Origin: an uncultured delta proteobacterium | Lineage (GTDB): Bacteria > Desulfobacterota > Binatia > JACPRU01 | Direction: 5' to 3' | Assembly (NCBI GenBank): GCA_963745025.1 | Contig: CAVUWD010000011.1 | Coordinates: forward strand, 32,001-96,000 | Length of the DNA stretch: 64,000 bases | Shown here: piece after piece, positions 1 through 9,500 of the stretch | How positions within the stretch are numbered: position 1 is the first letter of the stretch | Layout: each line of letters starts with the position of its first letter | Made by a program: the position numbers and the translations under genes | The notes under the pieces: generated by a model | Told to the model about the DNA's origin: nothing | Database searches by the model: none | What the model saw: only the letters and a program-made list of their open reading frames with translations

Positions 1-1593
1 TCGCGCGGCACGCACATCTTCCCGCCAAAGCCTTCGCTGCGCTTGATCGGCGACATGGTGAGCTACACCGTCCAGCACATCCCCAAATGGAACCCGATCA
101 ACATCTGCAGCTATCACCTGCAGGAAGCCGGGGCGACACCCGTCCAGGAGTTGGCGTTCGCGCTCGCCGACGCGATCTGCGTGCTCGACACCGTGCGTGC
201 CGCCGGGGCGGTGTCGGCCGACGAGTTTCCACGGGTGTTCGGCCGCATCAGCTTCTTCGTCAATGCCGGCGTCCGCTTCGTCGAAGAGATGTGCAAGATG
301 CGGGCGTTCACCGAGCTCTGGGACGAGATCGGGCGCGAGCGCTACGGCGTCGCCGACGAGAAGCTGCGCCGCTTCCGCTACGGCGTCCAGGTGAACTCGC
401 TCGGCCTGACGGAGGCGCAGCCCGAGAACAACGTGCAGCGGATCGTGCTCGAGATGCTCGCGGTCGTGCTTTCGAGGAACGCGCGCGCCCGCTCCGTGCA
501 GCTTCCGGCCTGGAACGAAGCGCTCGGCCTGCCGCGGCCGTGGGACCAGCAGTGGTCGTTGCGCATCCAGCAGGTCATCGCCTACGAGAGCGATCTCCTC
601 GAGCACGAGGATCTCTTCGACGGGTCCCCGGTCGTGACCCGCAGGGTCGAAGAGCTGAAGGAGGGCGCGCGCGCAGAGCTCGAGAAGGTCGACGCCATGG
701 GAGGAGCGCTCGCCGCCGTCGAGAACGCGTATCTGAAGCAGCAGCTCGTCGCGTCGAACGCGCGGCGCCTGCGCCGCATCGAATCCGGCGAGCAGATCGT
801 GGTCGGCGTGAACCGGTTCACGGAGACCGAGCCGAATCCGCTGCTCGCCGCGGGCGTCGAGCAGATCCTGAGAGTCGATCCCGCCGCCGAGCGCGAGCAG
901 GTCGAACGGCTTCGCGCCTTCCGCGCTCGGCGGAGCGAGGGGGAAGTCAAGTCTCGGCTTCGCCAGCTGCGGGGTGCGGCCGAGAACGGGCAGAACATCA
1001 TGCCCGCATCGATCGCCTGCGCCGAGGCCGGCGCGACCACCGGCGAGTGGGCCGGCGAGCTGCGGACGGTCTTCGGAGAGTTTCGCGCCCCGACCGGAAT
1101 CGGCGCGGTGGTGGCGATGGCCGGCGGCGCCGATCGCATCGCCGCGATTCGCGAGAAGCTCGCGGAAACCGAGCGCGAGCTCGGCCGCAAGCTCCGCATG
1201 CTGGTCGGCAAGCCGGGCCTCGACGGGCACTCGAACGGCGCCGAACAGATCGCGCTCATGGGCCGCGACGTCGGCTTCGAGGTCATCTACGAGGGCATCC
1301 GCTCCACTCCCGAGCAGATCGCGCGGGTAGCGGCCGACGAGGACGTGAGCATCGTCGGCTTGTCGATCCTCTCCGGCTCCCACCTCGAGCTCGTCGCGGA
1401 GACGATGCGGCTTCTCCGCGAGCGCCGCGGCGGCGAGGTGCCGGTCGTGGTCGGTGGCATCATCCCGGCCGAAGACCGCGAGCGCTTGCTCGCCTCCGGG
1501 GTCAAGCGCGTCTACACGCCGAAAGATTTCGAGCTCGGCGCGATCCTTTCCGACATCGTCGACGTGCTGCGCGAGGTCAACGGCCTCGCGTAG
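1..1593 (+). CDS. meaA: MeaA/ethylmalonyl-CoA mutase-like B12-dependent acyl-CoA mutase (5' truncated by window)
   Basis: PKWNPINICSYHLQEAGATPVQE and RFRYGVQVNSLGLTEAQPENN motifs; C-terminal B12-binding GKPGLDGHSNGA; frame open from base 1. Confidence 0.88.
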   Translation, partial: SRGTHIFPPKPSLRLIGDMVSYTVQHIPKWNPINICSYHLQEAGATPVQELAFALADAICVLDTVRAAGAVSADEFPRVFGRISFFVNAGVRFVEEMCKMRAFTELWDEIGRERYGVADEKLRRFRYGVQVNSLGLTEAQPENNVQRIVLEMLAVVLSRNARARSVQLPAWNEALGLPRPWDQQWSLRIQQVIAYESDLLEHEDLFDGSPVVTRRVEELKEGARAELEKVDAMGGALAAVENAYLKQQLVASNARRLRRIESGEQIVVGVNRFTETEPNPLLAAGVEQILRVDPAAEREQVERLRAFRARRSEGEVKSRLRQLRGAAENGQNIMPASIACAEAGATTGEWAGELRTVFGEFRAPTGIGAVVAMAGGADRIAAIREKLAETERELGRKLRMLVGKPGLDGHSNGAEQIALMGRDVGFEVIYEGIRSTPEQIARVAADEDVSIVGLSILSGSHLELVAETMRLLRERRGGEVPVVVGGIIPAEDRERLLASGVKRVYTPKDFELGAILSDIVDVLREVNGLA

Positions 1594-1667
1594 CCGGTCT
1601 AACCTATTGGCGCGGTCGAGGCCGGATCTCGCGGCGCAGGCGACAGCGTCATCATGGAGGAGCCGTC

Positions 1668-2036
1668 ATGGCCATCTTTCATCGCAACGAGGAGCAGGAG
1701 TTCTTCCTCGAGGGCAATCACATGGCAGGACTTGCGACGCCCACCCGCCACGCCGAGCAAGTCGAAGTCTGGAGAGCCCGCATGGATGCCGGCTCCGCCA
1801 CGCCGCCGCACCAGCATGATTGCGAGGAAGTCGTGGTCGTGCTGAGCGGCCGAGGCCGGGCGCGGATCGGTGACGAGGAAGTGACCTTTGCGGCGGGCGA
1901 CACGCTGATTCTCCCCGCCGGCAAGGTTCATCAGATCTTCTCCGAGACGGCGAGCGAGTCGATCGCGGCGATGCCGCGGCGCTCGACGATCCGCACGGCC
2001 TCGGGCGAGGTGATGGATCTCCCTTGGCGCCACTGA
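1668..2036 (+). CDS. cupin domain protein
   Basis: ATG after GGAGG; cupin motifs PPHQHDCEEVVVVLSG and GDTLILPAGKVH. Confidence 0.85.
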   Translation: MAIFHRNEEQEFFLEGNHMAGLATPTRHAEQVEVWRARMDAGSATPPHQHDCEEVVVVLSGRGRARIGDEEVTFAAGDTLILPAGKVHQIFSETASESIAAMPRRSTIRTASGEVMDLPWRH

Positions 2037-2094
2037 GGCCATTCGTTTCCGCGACGTTGAATCGCCGCGAGGCGGACGATAGTTTCTTCGCCAC

Positions 2095-3474
2095 GTGGCG
2101 AAGAAACCGAACGCGCGAAGCCTGAGGACCGGCCGCATCGAGCGTCTGGCGAGCGTCGGCTCGGTGACCGGACGCGTTGGCGCTTCCTATCTCTGGTCTG
2201 CGCTCAAGCGCCCGTTTCAAAGCGAGGAGAAGCGCGAGACCGCGCGTCTCGACACGCACCTCAAGAACGCCCTGCGCATCGTCGAGAGCTCGAAGCAGCT
2301 CCGCGGCGCGTTCATGAAGATGACGCAGCTCCTGTCGATGCGCGACGATCTCTTCCCGACCGAGGCGATCGACGTGCTGTCCGTCGTCCAGTCGAGCGTT
2401 CCGGCGATGGACTACCGGCTGATCCGAAAGCGGATCGTCGACGAGCTCGGCGCGGAGCCGGAGAGGATCTTCGCATCGTTCGATCCGGAGGCCTTCGCCG
2501 CCGCCTCGCTCGGCCAGGTGCATCGCGCTCGACTTCATTCCGGCGAGGAGGTCGTCGTCAAGATCCAGTATCCGGGCGTCGAGAAGACCGTGAAGAGCGA
2601 CCTGCAGAATGCCAAGGCGCTCATCCAGACCCTGAAGCTCGTCGCGCGCGACGTCATGCGCAATCGTGACATGGACTATCGCGGCGTCTACGAGGAGATG
2701 AAGAGCCGCATGGAGGAGGAGCTCGACTACGAGCTCGAGGCCGCGAACATCGAGCTCTTCCGGAAGCTCTACGCGGACGATCCCGAGATCGTGATCCCGC
2801 GGGTGATTCACGAACGGACCACCCGGCGTGTCATCACGCTCGGCTACATCGACGGCTACAAGATCCGCGACATCCTCGCGCCCGGCGTCGATCAGTCACT
2901 GAAGGACTGGGTGATGCTCAAGCTCTACAACATCACCTGGGAGCAGCTCCTCTGCTTCGGGGTCTTGCACGTCGATCCGCATCCGGGAAACTACCTCGTC
3001 ACCCACCATCCGAAGCTCGGCATTCTCGACTTCGGCTGCATCCGCATCCTGCCGCCCGGTCTCCGCGATGCATACCGCGACCTCAATCGCGCGCTCCTAG
3101 AGGACGACGAGCCGCTCTTCCGCGATGCGCTTCTCCGGCTCGAGTTCCTGAACCCGGAGGACGATCACCGGCCCATGCGCGACATCCTGCGGCGGCTGTT
3201 CGCCCCCCTGCTCGTCGACCGCAAGGTCGATCCGCGCGAATACAAGTCGATGGAAGAGCTCTCCGCGGCCGTGCAGCGCGGCCTCGCGGCGGGCTACTGG
3301 AAGGCGCCGCCGCACCGAGTGTTTCTCGATCGCGTATTGCTCGGCATCGACGGCTACCTGAAGCTCGCCGGAACCGTTGCCAACTGGCACAGAATCTATA
3401 AGAAGTGGGTCTACTGCGAGCCGCGTGACGTCTCGGCTCTCGTCAAGACGCGGGCCAAGCACCTACGGCACTGA
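2095..3474 (+). CDS. ABC1/AarF/UbiB family atypical kinase
   Basis: AAASLGQVHRA, VVKIQYPG, EELDYELEA, HVDPHPGN, LDFG. Confidence 0.92.
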   Translation: MAKKPNARSLRTGRIERLASVGSVTGRVGASYLWSALKRPFQSEEKRETARLDTHLKNALRIVESSKQLRGAFMKMTQLLSMRDDLFPTEAIDVLSVVQSSVPAMDYRLIRKRIVDELGAEPERIFASFDPEAFAAASLGQVHRARLHSGEEVVVKIQYPGVEKTVKSDLQNAKALIQTLKLVARDVMRNRDMDYRGVYEEMKSRMEEELDYELEAANIELFRKLYADDPEIVIPRVIHERTTRRVITLGYIDGYKIRDILAPGVDQSLKDWVMLKLYNITWEQLLCFGVLHVDPHPGNYLVTHHPKLGILDFGCIRILPPGLRDAYRDLNRALLEDDEPLFRDALLRLEFLNPEDDHRPMRDILRRLFAPLLVDRKVDPREYKSMEELSAAVQRGLAAGYWKAPPHRVFLDRVLLGIDGYLKLAGTVANWHRIYKKWVYCEPRDVSALVKTRAKHLRH

Positions 3475-3478
3475 AACA

Positions 3479-3880
3479 ATGCTAAAGAGGATCCACCACG
3501 TCGGGATCGTGGTTCGCAGTCTCGAGGAGGCGTACCGATTCTACCGCGACGTTCTCGGGCTTCACGTCCACAAGACGGCCGAGGTACGTGACCAGGGCGT
3601 GCGGGCCGCGCTGCTCACCGTCGGCCATTCGGAGATCGAGCTCCTCGAGCCGATCGATCCCAAGGGCACGGTGGCGCGGTTTCTCGACAAGCGCGGCGAA
3701 GGCATGCACCACGTCTGCTTCGAGACCGACGACGTCGCGCGCGAGCTCGCGGCGGCGAAACAGGCGGGTATTCCGCTGATCGACGAGGCGCCCCGCCTGG
3801 GGCTTGCCGGCAAGATCTGCTTTCTGCACCCGAAGGGCACGGCAGGAATTCTGATCGAATTTGCCGAGCCGATCGGCTGA
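3479..3880 (+). CDS. mce: methylmalonyl-CoA epimerase
   Basis: IHHVGIVV, IELLEP, FLDKRGEGMHHVCF, FLHPK..GILIE; mutase nearby. Confidence 0.9.
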   Translation: MLKRIHHVGIVVRSLEEAYRFYRDVLGLHVHKTAEVRDQGVRAALLTVGHSEIELLEPIDPKGTVARFLDKRGEGMHHVCFETDDVARELAAAKQAGIPLIDEAPRLGLAGKICFLHPKGTAGILIEFAEPIG

Positions 3881-3947
3881 ACCGGGAACGGGTGAAACGG
3901 GTCGATGACCCTGGGAAACCCCTTTACCGAAGGCACGGAGGTGACGC

Positions 3948-5483
3948 ATGGCGTTCGCGGCTGAGACTCTCGAATCCACGCCCGCCCGCTCGATGATCGT
4001 CGTCACGAGCCCCGCCACCCTGCAAAAGGTGGCAGAGATCCCCGTGACGACCGCCGACGAGCTGGCGGCCGCCGAGCAGCGGGGGCGCGCTGCGCAGCGA
4101 GACTGGGCGAAGCGTTCCTTCTCCGAGCGGGCCCGCGCGCTCTACCGGTTTCGCGACGCGCTACTGGACGACGCCGAGCGCTTCGCCGACGTGCTGACGT
4201 CGGAGACCGGCAAGCCACGCGGCGACGCCTACGGTGTCGAGTTGATCTACGTGTGCGACGCGATCTCGTACTGGGGGAAGAACGCCGAGACGTTTCTCCG
4301 CGACGAGCGGGTGTGGCCTCATCTCCTCAAGAACAAGGCCGCGTACTCGACGTACGCGCCGGTCGGCCTGGTCGGCATCATCGGCCCGTGGAACTTCCCG
4401 TTCGTGCTGACGATCGGCGACGCGTTGCCCGCGCTCATGGCGGGAAACGCGGTGATCATCAAGCCTTCCGAGGTGACGCCGGGCACGGCGATGTTCGGCG
4501 CCGAGGTCTGGCGGCGGGCCGGCCTGCCCGCGGACGTCCTGCAAGTGGTCCCGGGCTACGGCGACGTCGGCGCGAAGCTCGTCGATCGCGTCGACATGAT
4601 CCTCTTCACCGGCAGCGTGGCCACCGGCCGCAAGGTCGCGGTGCGCGCGGCGGAGCGGCTGATCCCCTGCTCGCTCGAGCTCGGCGGCAAGGATCCGATG
4701 ATCGTTCTCAAGGACGCGGACCTCGATCGAGCGGCGAACGCCTGCGTGTGGGGTGGCCTGGTGAACTCCGGTCAGGTCTGCCTCTCGGTCGAGCGCGTCT
4801 ACGTGGAAGCGCCGGTCTACGAGCCGTTCGTCAGGCTCGTCGAAGAGAAGATCAAGAAGGTGAAGCAGGGCCCTTCGGCCGAAGCCGTCGACATCGGGTC
4901 GATGACCTTTCCGCCGCAGCTCGAGAAGGTCGAGCGGCACGTCGCAGACGCCGTCGCCAAGGGAGCGAAGGTGCTCGCCGGCGGACGGCGCAATCCGGCG
5001 CATCCCGGTCTCTACTACGAGCCGACGCTACTGACCGACGTGACCCACGAGATGGAGGTCATGCGCGACGAGACCTTCGGTCCGGTGATCCCGATCATGA
5101 AGGTCGCCGACGAAGAAGAGGCGATCCGGCTGGCGAACGACTCGCCGTACGGCCTCGGCGCGAGCGTCTTCACGCGCGACGCCGAGAAGGGGCGCGCGAT
5201 CGCCCGGCGCATCGAGGCCGGCGGCATCTGCGTCAACGACGCGATCGTCCACTTCGCCGTAACCGACGTACCGATGGGCGGTGTCAAAGAGAGCGGCTCC
5301 GGCCGGCGCCACGCCGCGGAGGGCATCCGCAAGTTTTGCTATCAAAAAAGCGTGGTCGTGGACCGCTTCGGCTTGAAGAGCGAGTTCAACTGGTTCCCTA
5401 ACACGCCGGGAAAGCTGAAGGGGCTCAAGCGGGTGATGAACCTCCTCTACCGCTCGGGCTGGCGGAAGAGGCTCTTCGGCTGA
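3948..5483 (+). CDS. aldehyde dehydrogenase family protein
   Basis: PWNFP, FTGS, LELGGKDP, GQVC catalytic Cys, ETFGP. Confidence 0.95.
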   Translation: MAFAAETLESTPARSMIVVTSPATLQKVAEIPVTTADELAAAEQRGRAAQRDWAKRSFSERARALYRFRDALLDDAERFADVLTSETGKPRGDAYGVELIYVCDAISYWGKNAETFLRDERVWPHLLKNKAAYSTYAPVGLVGIIGPWNFPFVLTIGDALPALMAGNAVIIKPSEVTPGTAMFGAEVWRRAGLPADVLQVVPGYGDVGAKLVDRVDMILFTGSVATGRKVAVRAAERLIPCSLELGGKDPMIVLKDADLDRAANACVWGGLVNSGQVCLSVERVYVEAPVYEPFVRLVEEKIKKVKQGPSAEAVDIGSMTFPPQLEKVERHVADAVAKGAKVLAGGRRNPAHPGLYYEPTLLTDVTHEMEVMRDETFGPVIPIMKVADEEEAIRLANDSPYGLGASVFTRDAEKGRAIARRIEAGGICVNDAIVHFAVTDVPMGGVKESGSGRRHAAEGIRKFCYQKSVVVDRFGLKSEFNWFPNTPGKLKGLKRVMNLLYRSGWRKRLFG

Positions 5484-6445
5484 GCGTCCGCCCGTAGGGC
5501 CGCCTTCTCGAACAAGCGATCGGCGAGGCGTTCGATGAAGGATGCGCCCTTCGGCCCATCTTCGAGCCCGGCGCGCCAGCGAGCCGGAATCGCCGAGCGC
5601 CCGTGATACGCGCCGGCGATCGCCCCGGTCATGGCGCCGATCGAGTCGGTCTCGCCGCCGAGGGCGACCGCGAACACGACCGCCGCCTCGAAGCTTTCGG
5701 CCTGCGACAGGAAGCAGTAGAGCGCCGTCGGCACCGAGCCGAGCGCCGTGGCGTTGGCGCCGAGCCGGTCCCGGACCACGCTCGGCGGGACTCGTCGCTC
5801 CAGACATTCCTCGACCGCGCGAAGCTTCTGGCGAAATTCGATCGAGCGCGCGGTCGAGCGAAGCTCCACGACGAAGGAAAGCGGATCGAGCGGCTCGTCG
5901 CGCCGACCGAGCGCGAGCGCGATTTGTCGTGCTTGCAGGACCGCTCCGGCGATGCCGAGCGGATGACCGTGGGTGACGGCCGCGCACGTCTCCACGACGC
6001 GCTCGAGCGCCTCACGGTCGCGATGGTGGGCGAGCGCGCACGGCGCGATCCTCGCGGCGGCCCCGTTTCCGAACGAGCCGCGGGCGAAGACGTGCTCGGC
6101 GGCGGTCTCCCAGCCCTCGCCGCCGCGCAAGCGTCGCAGAAAATCCGTCGTCGTCCGTCCATAGTGCCGGTCGGGGTCGTGCTCTCGCTGAATGCGCTCG
6201 GCGAAGCTTCCGCCATCTAGCACGCCGTCGTCGAGCACCCACTCCGCGACGGCGATCATCATCTGCGTATCCTCGGTATAGCGGCCGCGAGGATGACCGA
6301 GCATGTCGCGAACCTCGCCGTGCTCGCGGGCGATGCGTGCCGCGCTCCACCCCTTCACCGGCCGCCCGAGGGCATCGCCGACCGCCGTGCCGAGCAGGGC
6401 GCCGCGAAACGCATCGCGCAAACCTTCCGAGCTCGCGTCGGCCAT
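5447..6445 (-). CDS. ADP-ribosylglycohydrolase family protein
   Basis: GDALG, YTEDTQM, GNGAAARIAP, GGETDSIGAMTGAIAGA; overlaps ALDH 3' end convergently. Confidence 0.9.
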   Translation of the reverse strand: MADASSEGLRDAFRGALLGTAVGDALGRPVKGWSAARIAREHGEVRDMLGHPRGRYTEDTQMMIAVAEWVLDDGVLDGGSFAERIQREHDPDRHYGRTTTDFLRRLRGGEGWETAAEHVFARGSFGNGAAARIAPCALAHHRDREALERVVETCAAVTHGHPLGIAGAVLQARQIALALGRRDEPLDPLSFVVELRSTARSIEFRQKLRAVEECLERRVPPSVVRDRLGANATALGSVPTALYCFLSQAESFEAAVVFAVALGGETDSIGAMTGAIAGAYHGRSAIPARWRAGLEDGPKGASFIERLADRLFEKAALRADAQPKSLFRQPER

Positions 6446-6557
6446 CCCGCTTCTTTAGCGGGCCGGCCCCGACGAGGCCAGCCGGGCCCCCCTCGCATTT
6501 TTCGCGGACTTGCTGCAAAATCGGCTGCTTGATGGCAAGCACCACAAGGAGCTCCCG

Positions 6558-8411
6558 ATGACGGCGATCGTGAAGACTGCCCCCGCCCCCCGCCACCCCC
6601 TGGCGGGCAAAGAGATGACCTGTGCGGAGATGATCGTCCAGGTCCTCGCCGACGAGGGCGTCGACACGATCTTCGGCTACAGCGGCGGCGCGATCCTGCC
6701 GACCTACGACGCCGTCTTCCGCTACAACGCGGACCACTCCAAGTCCGAAGAGATCCGGCTGATCGTGCCGGCCACCGAGCAGGGCGCCGGCTTCATGGCC
6801 GCGGGCTACGCGCGCTCGAGCCGGCAAGGTCGGCGTGTTCCTCGTCACCTCGGGCCCGGGCGCGACCAACTCGGTGACGCCGATCCGCGACTGCCAGGCC
6901 GACTCGGTTCCGGTGGTGCTCATCTGCGGCCAGGTGCCGCGCGCCGCGATGGGCACCGACGCGTTCCAGGAGGCGCCCGTCTTCAACATCATGGCGCGTG
7001 CGCGAAGCACGTCTTCCTCGTCACCGACGAGACCAAGCTCGAGGCGACGATGCGGACCGCCTTCGACATCGCGCGCAGCGGGCCGTCCCGGGCCGGTCGT
7101 CGTCGACATCCCGAAGGACGTGCAGCTCGCCGTCGGCGCGTTCCAGGGCGCCGGCCTCCTGACGCTGCGCGGCTACGACGAGCGGCTCGAGGCGCTCGAA
7201 GGACGCGTCGCTCTCGGCGCGGCGACGCGCAAGGCGTTCTTCCGGCTGCTCGCCAAGTCGCGAGCGACCGCTCATCTACGCCGGCGGCGGCGTCATCAAC
7301 GGCGACGCCGCCGACGAGCTGCGCGCCTTCGCGGAGCGCTTCGGCATCCCGGTCGTGACGACGCTGATGGGCATCGGCGCGATCGACACCACGAGCGACC
7401 TCTCGCTGCACATGCTCGGCATGCACGGCACCGCGTACGCCAACTACGCGGTCGAGGACTGCGACTTCCTCTTCGCCGTCGGCTCGCGCTTCGACGACCG
7501 CGTCGCGCGGCAAGGTGAAGGAGTTCGCGCCGCAGCGCGAAGATCGCGCACCTCGACATCGACGCCTCCGAGATCGGCAAGGTGAAGAAGCGTCGACTGG
7601 GCGCACGTCTCCGACGCCAAGCGCCGGCCTGCGCAGCTCCTCGACGCGGGCCGGCAAGGACTTCAAGAAGGACTTCGGCCCGCTGGCGCGCGCACGTCGC
7701 GAGCTGAAGGCGCGGCACGCCGCTCGAACTACAATCGCGACGTCGCCGCTCCTGCAGCCGAGTACGTGCTGCGAGACGCTGAACGAGATCACGCGCGGCG
7801 AGGCGATCGTCACGACCGGCGTCGGCCAGCACCAGATGTGGGCGGCGCAGTACCTCGACTTCAAGCATCCGCGCGCACTTCCTCACCTCGGGCAGCATGG
7901 GCACGATGGGCTTCGGCCTGCCGGCCGCGATCGGCGCGCAGCTCGCCAACCCGGGCAAGCTCGTCATCGACGTCGACGGCGACGGCCGCATCCGCATGAA
8001 CCTCGGCGAGCTCGAGACGCTGACCACCTACGACATCCCGGTGAAGGTGCTGCTGCTCAACAACCTCGGCGACGGCATGGTCCGCCAGTGGCAGGACCTG
8101 TTCTACGCCGAACCGCTACTCGGGCTCCGACAAGACGCTGCACAAGAAGGACTTCGTCAAGGCCGCCGAGGCCGACGGCTTCGGGTTCGCGCGACGCGTC
8201 ACCAAGAACGAGGAAGTGCGGGCGGTGCTCGAGGCGTTCGTCGCATCGCGGGTCCGGCGTTCCTCGAGGTCATGGTCGACCAGAAGGCCGCACGTCTACC
8301 CGATGGTCGGCCGGCATGGGCTACAAGGACATGATCACCGGACCGTACATCGGCCCGCGCGAAGTCGTGCGGCCGGATCCGAAGAAGATCGATCCGAGCA
8401 GCATGTTCTGA
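6558..8411 (+). CDS. ilvB: acetolactate synthase large subunit, multiple frameshifts (likely assembly errors)
   Basis: [47 protein letters not shown] and GDG..RMN are spread over alternating frames. Confidence 0.88.
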
Positions 8412-8419
8412 GAGGCCTC

Positions 8420-8475
8420 GGGCTACAGGCTACGGGCAAGGACTCCGCGATACCTTTCCCGTAGCCCGTAGCCTC
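8420..8475. repeat. GGCTACR heptamer inverted-repeat element, copy 1
   Basis: ggctacaggctacggg ... cccgtagcccgtagcc. Confidence 0.85.
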
Positions 8476-8488
8476 TTCGGTGGGTGAC

Positions 8489-9403
8489 GTGGAAAAGCTT
8501 CTCATCACCGGAATCTCCGGCGGCCAGGGTCGGCTGCTCGCCAGCCGCGTGGCCGACGCCTACGAGGTGGTCGGAACCGACCCCGTGCCGTGGGAGGGCC
8601 GCCCGAAGAACATCAAGGTCTACATCGTCGACGTGCTCAAGAAGAAGTTCGAGGACGTCTTTCGCCACGAGCGGCCACAGGCCGTGGTTCATCTCGGCCA
8701 GATCCGCCATTTCCGCGCCGACCCCGAGCTGCGCCACGAGGTGAACGTTGTCGGTACTCGGCGCTTGCTCGAGTTCTGCGCCAAGTACGACGTCAAGCAG
8801 CTGGTGGTGGTGTCGAGCTCCTACGTGTACGGCGCGCTCCCCGAGAACCCGTACTTCCTGGACGAGGAGGCGCCGCTCAATTCGAGCCGCACCTATCCCG
8901 AGATCCGCGATCTGGTGGAGATGGACACGCTCACCACGGCGCATCTCTGGAAGTACCCGAGCATGGCGACGACGATTCTCCGGCCGGTGAATACGCTCGG
9001 CACGCACGTCCACTCTTCGATCGTCACGTACTTGAAGCTCGGTTACGTGCCGACGATCCTCGGCTTCGACCCGATGACGCAGTGCATCCACGAAGAGGAC
9101 CTGACCGAGGCGATCGCGCTCACGCTCGAAAAGAAGCTGCGCGGCGTGTTCAACGTCACCGGGCCCGGCGAGGTGCCGCTGCGGGTCGCCATCCACGCGA
9201 CGGGCGGGACGGCGGTGCCGCTTCCCGAGTTCGTGGCGCGCATACTGTTCGGCGGCCTCTTCCAGGTCGGTCTCTTCCACACGCCGCCCGGCGCCATCGA
9301 CTTCATCAAGTACCCGTGCACGGTCTCGGGAAAGCGCTTTGTCGAGGCGACCGGATTCAAGCCGCTGTTCGCGCTCGACGAGACGTTCGCGAGCATCCGG
9401 TAG
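8489..9403 (+). CDS. NAD-dependent epimerase/dehydratase (extended SDR)
   Basis: LITGISGGQG Rossmann motif, NVVGT, VSSSYVYG, LRP; GTG start inferred. Confidence 0.85.
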   Translation: MEKLLITGISGGQGRLLASRVADAYEVVGTDPVPWEGRPKNIKVYIVDVLKKKFEDVFRHERPQAVVHLGQIRHFRADPELRHEVNVVGTRRLLEFCAKYDVKQLVVVSSSYVYGALPENPYFLDEEAPLNSSRTYPEIRDLVEMDTLTTAHLWKYPSMATTILRPVNTLGTHVHSSIVTYLKLGYVPTILGFDPMTQCIHEEDLTEAIALTLEKKLRGVFNVTGPGEVPLRVAIHATGGTAVPLPEFVARILFGGLFQVGLFHTPPGAIDFIKYPCTVSGKRFVEATGFKPLFALDETFASIR

Positions 9404-9500
9404 GCGGAATGGGTGTTCCGCAGGCCGATGGGCAGGGAACGCAGACGCGCCGGGTACCTGAAATTGCACCCGGCGCGTCCGTAATCGGATCGCTGACTGC

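Noticed and set aside
87-1667. Long alternative-frame and antisense ORFs (e.g. 87-2036 upstream part, 15771-17537, 35890-38025, 50277-52820)
   Set aside because: Arg/Ala/Pro-rich shadow ORFs expected in high-GC DNA, overlapping well-supported genes
6558-8411. Programmed frameshifting or true pseudogenisation of ilvB, etfAB and others
   Set aside because: Indels are numerous, lack slippery motifs and leave catalytic motifs intact; assembly error is more parsimonious
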